Shown here: piece by piece, positions 32,318 to 40,105 of the stretch
Position numbering within the stretch: position 1 is the first letter of the stretch
Layout: every line of letters begins with the position of its first letter
Assembly (NCBI GenBank): GCA_050246315.1
Contig: JBFWWG010000003.1
Span: 64,001 to 128,000 of the forward strand
Direction of reading: 5' to 3'
Length of the DNA: 64,000 nt
Source: Nitrospiraceae bacterium
Lineage (GTDB): Bacteria; Nitrospirota; Nitrospiria; Nitrospirales; Nitrospiraceae
Program-made: the position numbers and the translations under genes
Notes under the pieces: generated by a model
What the model saw: only the letters and a program-made list of their open reading frames with translations
What the model was told of the DNA's origin: nothing
The model's database searches: none

Positions 32318-32347
32318 GACCCGTTGCATGGAAAAGAGCAACGGGTC
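32318..32347. repeat. Perfect 10-bp-stem hairpin between convergent genes
   Basis: gacccgttgc-N10-gcaacgggtc. Confidence 0.6.
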
Positions 32348-32409
32348 ACACGGCGGTTGCAGGAGCAGCGCTCATGAATAATGTGGGTGAAGCGTAGGGG
32401 CCGATCCGG

Positions 32410-32673
32410 CTAGCGGTAGACTTCTCGCCGATGCCCGATCTTGACGATTTCAACCACGTGAGCAGAATCATCAACGCCGTAGACAATGCGATAGTCTCCC
32501 TGCCGGATGCGGTATCGCTTGGCTTCGCCTGAAAGCGTTTCACAGCCGGAGGGGTGTGGCTGCTGAGTCAACCCGCGGATGCGGTTGACCACTCGGCGAA
32601 GGTCACCCACCGGAAGTTTCTTGAGCTCCTTTTCAGCCGAGCGTTTGATGACGAGACTATAGAAGTCCGTCAC
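32410..32673 (-). CDS. relE: RelE/StbE family toxin
   Basis: SAEKELKKL, P.P.GC..L.G, YRIRQGDYRIVY, IGHRREVYR; overlaps the antitoxin stop. Confidence 0.92.
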   Translation of the reverse strand: MTDFYSLVIKRSAEKELKKLPVGDLRRVVNRIRGLTQQPHPSGCETLSGEAKRYRIRQGDYRIVYGVDDSAHVVEIVKIGHRREVYR

Positions 32674-32887
32674 GCTTGAGATCCTCGAGCACTTTCTCGA
32701 AAGGTCGCGACGGTTCTTTTGCTCGGCGATCAAAGGCCTCTAGATCGACCGCATCCTCGCGAAGAGATTCGAGCACTGCGGCATTCACCAGGTCCGAGAC
32801 TGAGCGGTCGGTCGTGGCAGCCTTGATCTTGAGGGCACGATACACCTGAGGTTTTAAGTAGATGGTGGTACGGGTGTCGGATGGCAT
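32657..32887 (-). CDS. CopG/RHH antitoxin
   Basis: RTTIYL...ALKIKAA...SVSDLVN; acidic C-terminus; upstream of relE. Confidence 0.88.
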   Translation of the reverse strand: MPSDTRTTIYLKPQVYRALKIKAATTDRSVSDLVNAAVLESLREDAVDLEAFDRRAKEPSRPFEKVLEDLKRDGLL

Positions 32888-32914
32888 GCGGCTCCTCCCA
32901 TGTGACCTTGTTGC

Positions 32915-32943
32915 ATTATAGCAATGTAGCATCATGACATCAA
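32915..32943 (-). promoter_or_regulatory. Sigma70 promoter of the copG-relE operon
   Basis: Minus strand TTGATG-17 nt-TATAAT, then GGAGG and ATG. Confidence 0.7.
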
Positions 32944-32972
32944 AGCGTCACACCAAGAGCGATAAGACAAAG

Positions 32973-33158
32973 GTATTCGGACCTGGCTATCGGGTCTATT
33001 TCGACAAGGATGGTGACAAGCTTGTCATTCTACAAGGTGGAAGCAGAAAGCAACCCCAGCAACAAGCGATCGAGGCGGCGCAAGAGCGATGGACTGACTA
33101 TTGGCGTCGCAAGGCTAGCCAACGGAGACAGATGGGAGGGAGGAGGCAATGGCACTGA
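32973..33158 (+). pseudogene. 5'-truncated addiction-module killer (RelE/HigB-like) toxin remnant
   Basis: FGPGYRVYF..DG..LVIL.GG..K..QQ..IE.A...W.DY matches only the C-terminal half of the family. Confidence 0.75.
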
Positions 33159-33472
33159 CACGCCAATTTAAGGAAACGGTGACGGCACGCGTGCAGCGCG
33201 ATGCTCGTTTCCGAGAGGCACTCTCTACCGAAGCCATCAATGCATATTTAGCCGGCGAGACCGCCGTCGGCAAGGCGATGCTCCGAGACCTCGTCAACGC
33301 AACTGTCGGCTTCGAGGAACTCGCGACCGCGATCAAGAAGCCGAGCAAGAGCCTCCACCGGATGTTGGCACCCCGCGGAAATCCAAGCACCGAAAATGTC
33401 TTCGGCATCATCCGTGCGCTCCAAAAGAAGGCTCACGTCAAGCTCCGCGTCACGGCAAAAGCAGACAGATGA
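33149..33472 (+). CDS. Addiction-module antidote, HTH transcriptional regulator
   Basis: MALTRQFKETV, LRDLVNATVGFEELA, KSLHRML...GNP. Confidence 0.85.
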   Translation: MALTRQFKETVTARVQRDARFREALSTEAINAYLAGETAVGKAMLRDLVNATVGFEELATAIKKPSKSLHRMLAPRGNPSTENVFGIIRALQKKAHVKLRVTAKADR

Positions 33473-33584
33473 GACGACCGGCACCAGCAATCCCTATTTC
33501 TCATGTCCCCTTACTCATGCCTCATTTCCCAACTTAACCCCTCGGCACTTAGTGCTCAGGCCTTCAGGATCACCCCAGAACTCT

Positions 33585-33624
33585 GCACCCAGCACCCAGC
33601 ACTTCCTGGCGTGCCCCCGGATGT
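33585..33624 (+). repeat. 40-bp direct repeat copy 1 (heptamers plus conserved site)
   Basis: 38/40 identical to 34513-34552. Confidence 0.9.
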
Positions 33625-33764
33625 GATAACCATCGGCTATTGTGTGGCCGGGACCGTGAACCTGCTATCCCACCTGTCCCGGAACAGCGACAGGGGTGCT
33701 CTGCCGGCGGCTATCATGAAGTCAGCATGGCGGATACACAGCGCGGGGGAAGGATGCGGAAGGA

Positions 33765-34181
33765 TCAGGATAACACGGTTAGACCGAGAGAACGAAAATC
33801 TTCATCGAAGGAGAAGCAGGGTGAATGATCAAGCAGCGTCGTCACCACAACGAATGAGAGGGCATCACAGAAAGAAAGTTGATGATCGCGAGCATAGGCT
33901 CGAAAAATCTGTTCGGCTGCCTCGCGCACTTGATCTCCATAAGCAACAATATGAAGCCCTGGTTTCACATCGGTGAGAAAGGCAAGGGCAGTTTGGAAGT
34001 TGCGTCGGTAGCGGAGTAGCGTCACCGTTTCACTGATGATGTCCCAGGTCGTATAGAACGTCGTCCCGACAAGGGCCGACTCGGTGGCAAGGGTGCGCGC
34101 TCTTCTATGGTTGGCATCTTTCGGATCAAGGCAGGCGTAGAAGAATGATGTGTCGCAAAACACCAGCTTGGGCACCGGCAT
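33765..34181 (-). CDS. vapC: PIN domain VapC toxin
   Basis: FCDTSFF, D.NH..A, ISET, LSFCDA, SFDEDF. Confidence 0.92.
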   Translation of the reverse strand: MPVPKLVFCDTSFFYACLDPKDANHRRARTLATESALVGTTFYTTWDIISETVTLLRYRRNFQTALAFLTDVKPGLHIVAYGDQVREAAEQIFRAYARDHQLSFCDALSFVVVTTLLDHSPCFSFDEDFRSLGLTVLS

Positions 34182-34447
34182 CAGCGGATCGCGCCACGGG
34201 GTCCATACAGATGGGTTTTCACATGGGAGGAGATCGGAGCCTTCCGACCCCGCGGCCTCGGCAGCTTCTTCATCAGACGAAGCAATCGTCGAGCGGCTGC
34301 CCCCGGTTCTGGCCCGGGTTGCACCGCGCGGAGTTCAGCGACGACTTCATTGTGAACCGTGATCTCAATCCTGGTAGTGGCATCGCGTCGAACCCGACGG
34401 ACTAGTGCGGGTAGCCGCTTACGCGCCTCGCTGATCGAGAGTTTCAT
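34181..34447 (-). CDS. Phd/YefM-like antitoxin
   Basis: MKLSISEARKRLPALV...IEITVHNEVVAEL; stop overlaps the vapC start. Confidence 0.8.
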   Translation of the reverse strand: MKLSISEARKRLPALVRRVRRDATTRIEITVHNEVVAELRAVQPGPEPGAAARRLLRLMKKLPRPRGRKAPISSHVKTHLYGPRGAIR

Positions 34448-34456
34448 GATAACCTC

Positions 34457-34485
34457 AATGTACAATCGTGTACATCGCTTGTCAA
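34457..34485 (-). promoter_or_regulatory. Sigma70 promoter with overlapping palindromic operator for vapBC
   Basis: Minus strand TTGACA-17 nt-TACATT; palindrome atgtaca-atcg-tgtacat at 34458-34475. Confidence 0.75.
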
Positions 34486-34512
34486 TGAACCGGCTACATC
34501 CCCCATTCCTCA

Positions 34513-34552
34513 GCACCCAGCACTCAGCACTTCTTGGCGTGCCCCCGGATGT
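34513..34552 (+). repeat. 40-bp direct repeat copy 2
   Basis: gcacccagcactcagcacttcttggcgtgcccccggatgt. Confidence 0.9.
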
Positions 34553-34559
34553 CACAGCC

Positions 34560-34730
34560 GACTAGAACCTATCTCAAAATCGAAAAAGCTCACTTCTGAC
34601 GATAGTTGGTTGGGCAAATTAAGAGTTCTTAGGCTCGCTTTCACAGGAAAACATCAATTCGTTGATGACTCAGGAACCTTTTGGAATACGCATTCCCGCT
34701 CGACAAGCAATTTTGAGATAGGTTCTAGTC
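34560..34730. mobile_element. Non-autonomous MITE with 21-bp perfect terminal inverted repeats
   Basis: gactagaacctatctcaaaat (34560-34580) / attttgagataggttctagtc (34710-34730); AT-rich, non-coding interior. Confidence 0.8.
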
Positions 34731-34945
34731 TCCTGTGAAGCCATGATCTGGCTGGGCTGAAGACGGCACCATTCCCATGCCTTTTTCCCATTCGCCCAGT
34801 GCCGATCGGCGGCATGAGGAACCCGGCCATTCGTCCATCGGCGCATTCGTGATTTCCGAACCGAAAACAGGTATTATTCGGCGGGCGATTGCCCTTGGGA
34901 ACCTCACCCACCCAGGGATCCACGGGACGCTAATCGCGCAACGCT

Positions 34946-36316
34946 ATGCCCACACCTGAAGACAAGGCCCGCCATACAATCGATCGCATCCTTCATCAAG
35001 CCGGTTGGATTGTTCAGGACCACAGAAGCGCCCATCTTCACGCAGGCCGAGGTGTCGCACTCCGAAACGTTCCCCTCACCAGCGGGCACGGGTTCGCGGA
35101 CTACTTGCTCTATGTCGATGGCAAAGCCGCCGGGGTCATTGAGGCGAAGAAGGAAGGCGTCACGCTGACCGGTGTCGAAGTCCAGGCGGCAAAGTACAGC
35201 GAAGGATTGCCGTTCACCTTGCCGGCCTATACCCGGCCTCTTCCGTTTCTCTACCAAAGCACCGGGATTGAAACCCGGTTCACCAACGGACTTGATCCGG
35301 AACCCCGTAGCCGTCGGACCTTCGCCTTTCACAGACCGGAGACGCTAGCCGAATGGATCGATAAGGCAGGGATCCACTCACCTGGAGCAGCCCGCGAGCA
35401 TACGGCCGCGCTGAAGCGTGAGTCGTACCGCCGCCACTCCACCTTTCGCGGCCTGCTCAGACAATTACCGCCGCTCAAGACCGAAGGTCTCTGGCCCGCA
35501 CAGATCACCGCCATCCAGAACCTCGAAACATCACTTGCGCAGGACCGCCCGCGAGCGCTGATTCAAATGGCCACCGGCAGCGGCAAGACCTTCACCGCCA
35601 TCAATTTCATTTACCGCCTGATCAAGTTCGCCGGGGCCAAGCGCGTGCTGTTCCTCGTCGATCGCGGCAACCTGGGCGATCAGACGTTGAAGGAGTTTCA
35701 GCAGTACGTCTCGCCGTACAACAACTTCAAGTTCACCGAAGAGTTCATCGTCCAGCGGCTCACCAGCAATCAGCTCGACCGCACCGCGCGCGTCTGCATC
35801 GGGACGATCCAGCGCCTCTACTCCATGCTCAAAGGGCGCGAGTTAGCAGAAGAAGATGAAGAGGCTTCCGTGTCCGTTCTCGAACGCCTCTTCAAGAAGC
35901 CAGAACCCATTGACTATAATCCCGCCATTCCCATCGAAACCTTCGACGTCATCGTCACCGATGAATGCCACCGGTCCATCTACAACCTGTGGGCGCAGGT
36001 GTTGGAATACTTCGACGCCTCTCTCATCGGCCTCACCGCCACGCCCAACAAGCAGACTTTCGGGTTCTTCAATCAGAACCTCGTCATGGAATACAACCAC
36101 GAGGAGGCCGTAGCCGACGGTGTGAATGTCAATTACGGCGTGTACCGCATCCGCACCGCCATTACCCAGGCCGGCTCCAAGATCGAAGCCAACCTCACCC
36201 GTGCCGAATGTCTCCGGCAGGCGATTCTGAGTCAGGCTTTTACTGGGAAATTAGTTTGCGTAAATGCCAACAGGGACGGTCGGCAGAGTGCTGACATTAA
36301 GATGGCAAAAGCCTAG
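34946..36316 (+). pseudogene. hsdR: Type I R-M HsdR N-terminal part fused in frame to an HsdS C-terminal tail
   Basis: ADYLL..DG....IEAK nuclease motif, MATGSGKT, DECH, LTATP; later helicase motifs absent; ends NLTRAECLRQAILSQAFTGKLV. Confidence 0.85.
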
Positions 36317-36346
36317 AATAGGCACACTCGGTCAAAAGGATGCTCT

Positions 36347-37135
36347 GTGAGCGAGAATTCAAAAATAGAATGGACTGATGCCACTTGGAACCCGGTTCGA
36401 GGGTGTTCCAAGGTGAGTCCGGGTTGCATGAATTGCTATGCGGAGACGTTCGCGGAGCGTTTTCGCGGTGTGCCCGGCCATCCCTTCGAACAGGGGTTTG
36501 ATCTGCGTCTGGTGCCGGACAAGCTTGCCGAACCCTTGCGTTGGCGAACCCCCAAAATGATCTTCGTCAATTCAATGAGCGATTTGTTCCACGAGCAGGT
36601 TCCCGATGAGTATATCGTCAACGTCGCCCGTGTCATGCGGTTGGCGAACTGGCATACGTATCAGGTCTTGACCAAGCGTTCGGAACGGATGAGAGACCTG
36701 CTCAATCGGAAGCTACAATTTGCCTCCATGCAGCCCAATATCTGGTGGGGGGTGAGCGTCGAAAATAGAAAACATGGCCTCCCGCGCATCGAACAGCTGC
36801 GCGAAGCTCCGGCGCACATCAGATTCTTGTCGATCGAGCCGCTACTTGAAAACCTAGGAACCTTCAGCCTCAAGGAGATTCGTTGGGTGATTGTTGGTGG
36901 AGAAAGTGGCCCTGGTGCGAGACCTATGGCCAAGGAGTGGGTGTTGTCCATCCGTGACTTATGCAGAAAAGCGCAGGTTCCGTTCTTTTTTAAACAATGG
37001 GGTGGTGTCCGGAAGAGTGAAACGGGCAGAACCCTCAATGGAAGAACCTACAACGAATTCCCTGCTCGAAGCACCAGCCCTGTTCCTTCCATCGAAAAGC
37101 TACTTAGTATTCGGGAAGAACTCGAACTCGCATAG
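36347..37135 (+). CDS. DUF5131 / phage Gp37-Gp68 family (radical-SAM-like three-Cys) protein
   Basis: IEWTDATWNP..GC......C..CYA, FVNSMSDLFH, LTKR, SIEPLL, WVIVGGESG, FFFKQWG. Confidence 0.93.
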   Translation: MSENSKIEWTDATWNPVRGCSKVSPGCMNCYAETFAERFRGVPGHPFEQGFDLRLVPDKLAEPLRWRTPKMIFVNSMSDLFHEQVPDEYIVNVARVMRLANWHTYQVLTKRSERMRDLLNRKLQFASMQPNIWWGVSVENRKHGLPRIEQLREAPAHIRFLSIEPLLENLGTFSLKEIRWVIVGGESGPGARPMAKEWVLSIRDLCRKAQVPFFFKQWGGVRKSETGRTLNGRTYNEFPARSTSPVPSIEKLLSIREELELA

Positions 37136-37140
37136 CCTTC

Positions 37141-38217
37141 ATGTCGCCTGAGGACTTCCACGATAAGCCGTTCGATGAGGGTACGCTCACCAAGCTTCAG
37201 ATATTTGAACTTTACGCGCGAGAATGGTTGCCAGTGTTCTTGGCTCCTGAAAAGCCATGGCGCAATGCCATTCATGTATTCGACTTCTTCGCTGGCCCTG
37301 GAACAGATATCCAAAACATTCCCGGCAGTCCACTGAGATTGTTACGACAACTTCAGGAGTATCGGGGAGCCCAGGGGTGGGGGAAAGTCCGCATTCATGT
37401 CCACTTCTATGACGAGGATTCGGGTAAGATTGCCCAGCTTAAACAAAACATTGCTAGTCACGGGCTCCAGCTCCCTAACGTAACTTTCGACATCCAGCCA
37501 TTGCGGTTCGATGATGCCTTTCGGGCTTCCGAATTGACACTGGCGGACTCACAGGCAGCCAAGCTTGTTTTCATCGATCAGACTGGTGTTACGCACGTCA
37601 CGCCCGAGGTGTTTCGCAAGCTGGTGAATGCGCCGACATGTGATTTTCTGTTCTTCCTCTCATCTTCGACACTCCACCGATTTCGTGATCATCCGACCAT
37701 CTGGCAGAAAATTAATCGGCCCGAAGACTACTACCACGTTCATCGTGCAGCTCTTGAGTACTACAGAGGGCTGCTTTCTCCTGGCCAAGAGTATTACCTT
37801 GCTCCGTTTTCAATAAAGAAAGGGGCAAACATTTATGGGCTCATCTTCGGCTCTGCCCACCCGCTTGGCATCGACAAGTTTCTTGAGGTGGTATGGCGTA
37901 AGGATGAATTCAGTGGGGAAGCCGACTTTCCCATCGATCGAGAGAATATTCGCCCCCACCAGCTACTGTTGCCAATGGCCGAGGTTCAGGCGAGCAAAAT
38001 CACGGCTTTCGAAAACGAGCTCGAAAAGCTGCTGAGGGGTGGATGTCTTTCAAGTGAAGTTGATGTTATGAGAGTTTGTTTCGAAAACGGGGTGAAACGG
38101 CAACATGCTAGACCAGTCCTTGCAAAGCTGAAAAAAGAAGGCGTCCTCGATGTAGAGTTCCAGGTTCCAGACGTGCAAAAGATTCGTTCTCCACGACCGA
38201 TTCGTATGAGGAAGTAG
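37141..38217 (+). CDS. tcmP: Three-Cys-motif partner protein (TcmP-like methyltransferase fold)
   Basis: T..KL..F..Y, DFFAGPG, GSPL, FIDQ.G; immediately downstream of DUF5131. Confidence 0.8.
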   Translation: MSPEDFHDKPFDEGTLTKLQIFELYAREWLPVFLAPEKPWRNAIHVFDFFAGPGTDIQNIPGSPLRLLRQLQEYRGAQGWGKVRIHVHFYDEDSGKIAQLKQNIASHGLQLPNVTFDIQPLRFDDAFRASELTLADSQAAKLVFIDQTGVTHVTPEVFRKLVNAPTCDFLFFLSSSTLHRFRDHPTIWQKINRPEDYYHVHRAALEYYRGLLSPGQEYYLAPFSIKKGANIYGLIFGSAHPLGIDKFLEVVWRKDEFSGEADFPIDRENIRPHQLLLPMAEVQASKITAFENELEKLLRGGCLSSEVDVMRVCFENGVKRQHARPVLAKLKKEGVLDVEFQVPDVQKIRSPRPIRMRK

Positions 38218-38221
38218 CGGA

Positions 38222-38308
38222 ATGTCTCCCACGTCCCAGATTGTCCAAAAACACTGGAACTCTGCTTGCCTCGTTTCTCTCGGCGCAGACAACTACTGCA
38301 ACGCCCTC
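38222..38308 (+). pseudogene. Degenerate hsdM 5' fragment 1 with short hairpin insertion
   Basis: MSPTSQIVQKHWN[SACLVSLGADN]YCNAL versus HsdM MNSSAIVQKLWNYCNVL. Confidence 0.75.
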
Positions 38309-38315
38309 CTTACTT

Positions 38316-38372
38316 GCCGTTCGTGAAGGGGACGATTGGCTTGTGATTACGGTGGTGACCCGTTACTATTGA
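38316..38372 (+). pseudogene. 3' remnant of a DUF4258-like toxin
   Basis: AVREGDDWLVITVVTRYY* directly upstream of DUF2283; resembles DUF4258 C-termini. Confidence 0.5.
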
Positions 38373-38398
38373 ACCGTTCGCGCCGTTCAGGAGGCTGT

Positions 38399-38641
38399 AT
38401 GAAACTCACCTACGACCCCCGCTACAACATCGCGTATCTCCGTCTCCATGCCAAGACGGCGGAAGTGGAGACCATTCACGTGAGCGACGAGATTAACATT
38501 GATCTCGCGCCTGACGGCACGGTGTATGGGATCGAACTGCTCAATGCCAACGTGCAACTGGCTCGGGAAGACGCGGGAGAGCTCGTGCTTCAGAACGAGG
38601 CGACCGGCGAACGGACTGCGGTCAAGCTACCGATCGCCTGA
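38399..38641 (+). CDS. DUF2283 domain protein (putative antitoxin)
   Basis: MKLTYDP...AYLRL, D...DGTVYGIELLNA. Confidence 0.88.
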   Translation: MKLTYDPRYNIAYLRLHAKTAEVETIHVSDEINIDLAPDGTVYGIELLNANVQLAREDAGELVLQNEATGERTAVKLPIA

Positions 38642-38671
38642 GCAGCGTCATTCTTGCCGGAAGTTCGAGCC

Positions 38672-38881
38672 ATGAACGCTCAGATTCGGTTGTCAGATGT
38701 GGTGGCGCTGACCGAGGATATTCCTGATCGCGGTTTACTGTGTGGTCAAGTGGGGACCGTGGTGGAATCGCTCAGGCCTGGTGTCTTTGAAGTGGAGTTC
38801 GTGGACAACGAAGGCAGAACCTATGCCATGCTTCCGCTGAAATCCAGTCAACTGCTCGTGTTGCACTATCAGCCTGCGTGA
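38672..38881 (+). CDS. DUF4926 domain protein
   Basis: DVVALTEDIP..GL..GQVGTVVE....FEVEF.D.EG.TYA. Confidence 0.88.
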   Translation: MNAQIRLSDVVALTEDIPDRGLLCGQVGTVVESLRPGVFEVEFVDNEGRTYAMLPLKSSQLLVLHYQPA

Positions 38882-38957
38882 AGGCGTTGCTGCTTCTGTA
38901 TCTCTAGCTGCCCTGATTTTCACGCTCCACGATGTCTCGTTCCCGAGCTGTGATAAC

Positions 38958-39147
38958 ACGAGCCCTTCCGCCATCGTTCAAACACTCTGGAACTACCGCA
39001 ACGTCTTCCGCGACGATGGAATGAGCTATGGCGACTATCATTCGACGCGCTCAGGGCAGGCCCTTCGACGGGTTCGGCAGGCTCACGCCGGCTTGGCTCA
39101 GGACAGGCGTCGAGCAGTTGACGTATCTGCTGTTCCTCAAGGTGGCC
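38958..39147 (+). pseudogene. Degenerate hsdM 5' fragment 2 interrupted by a 70-bp REP insertion
   Basis: (ACG)SPSAIVQTLWNYRNVFRDDGMSYGDY[39039-39108]VEQLTYLLFLKVA matches about the first 40 residues of HsdM. Confidence 0.9.
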
Positions 39148-39178
39148 ATGAGCGTGATTCAATGGTTGAGCTGGTCTC

Positions 39179-39526
39179 ATGAAATTGCCCCATGCTGATC
39201 GCCTAGAGATTCCCAAGGCCAAGGTGGTCCAGTATCTCCTCTCTTCGACTCATCGAGCAGGCAGGGGAAAGGCGGGGTTCTTTTCTGCGTGCGGTTTTCA
39301 GGTGTCCAAATGGGATGTGTTGGCACAGGCGCTTCGGCAACACGCAAGGGACAACGTTGTGAGCTTTACTGAAGACATACCGTTTGGCCTCCGCTATGTG
39401 ATCGAAGGACCGCTTGTCGCGCCGAATGGCCGGCAATTGCAAGTTCGGACGGTCCGGTTTATAGATGAGGGTGGTCAGGTACCACGATTTGTGACCGCCT
39501 ATCCCCTCAAACGGAGGATGCCATGA
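39179..39526 (+). CDS. DUF6883 domain protein (putative toxin)
   Basis: K...YLL...H..G..KA.FF...GF, FG.RY...G....PNG, PRFVTAYP. Confidence 0.8.
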   Translation: MKLPHADRLEIPKAKVVQYLLSSTHRAGRGKAGFFSACGFQVSKWDVLAQALRQHARDNVVSFTEDIPFGLRYVIEGPLVAPNGRQLQVRTVRFIDEGGQVPRFVTAYPLKRRMP

Positions 39527-39759
39527 TTCAGGAGTTAGAAGACGTGATTTTGGAGTGTGACCTTCCCAAGCACGACCTGAGGCGTGGCGATATCGGTACC
39601 GTCGTGCTCATTCATCGGGGCGGTGAAGGCTACGAGGTTGAATTTACGACGTTGAATGGCGAGACCGTGGCGGTCGTGACGCTCTTGGCCGCTCAGGTTC
39701 GTCCGGCTCATCAACGTGAAATTGCCCATGCGCGCGAACTGGCCGGGTCCGCATCGTAA
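39523..39759 (+). CDS. DUF4926 domain protein
   Basis: DLP...L..GDIGTVV.....GYEVEF.TLNG.TVAV; ATGA overlap with DUF6883. Confidence 0.88.
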   Translation: MIQELEDVILECDLPKHDLRRGDIGTVVLIHRGGEGYEVEFTTLNGETVAVVTLLAAQVRPAHQREIAHARELAGSAS

Positions 39760-39800
39760 CAGCGCACCCCTTGAACGCTCCTCGTATGAGGAGAAACCAT

Positions 39801-40013
39801 ATGGCCGAAAAAGTGAAAGTCTGGTTCGATCCGGAAGCGGACTATCTCGAAGTGCAGTTCCGTGAGGCGCCTGGCTTCATGCGGGCGACGGCGCACGACG
39901 CGCTCATGGAGCGGGTCGACGAGCAGGGGCATGTGCTGGGCTTCAGCGTCCTTGGCGTGAGCCGTTTCAAAAAGGATCCTCCTCTGGAAGCTGAACTGAT
40001 GACCGGCTTTTAA
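39801..40013 (+). CDS. DUF2283-like protein
   Basis: VKVWFDPEADYLEV...VDEQG.VLGFS; GAGGAG RBS. Confidence 0.75.
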   Translation: MAEKVKVWFDPEADYLEVQFREAPGFMRATAHDALMERVDEQGHVLGFSVLGVSRFKKDPPLEAELMTGF

Positions 40014-40105
40014 GGCGGGGCAGACGAATCTGACCTGTCCGTGAAACTTCCGACTTCATCCCCGCCCTGGCCTGACGACGCTGTTTCAGCGTTATCCGAT
40101 TTCGG

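Noticed and set aside
30714..34560. Classical integron or CALIN
   Set aside because: No IntI, I could not identify RYYYAAC...GTTRRRY attC hairpins after the ORFs, and the genes are in mixed orientation.
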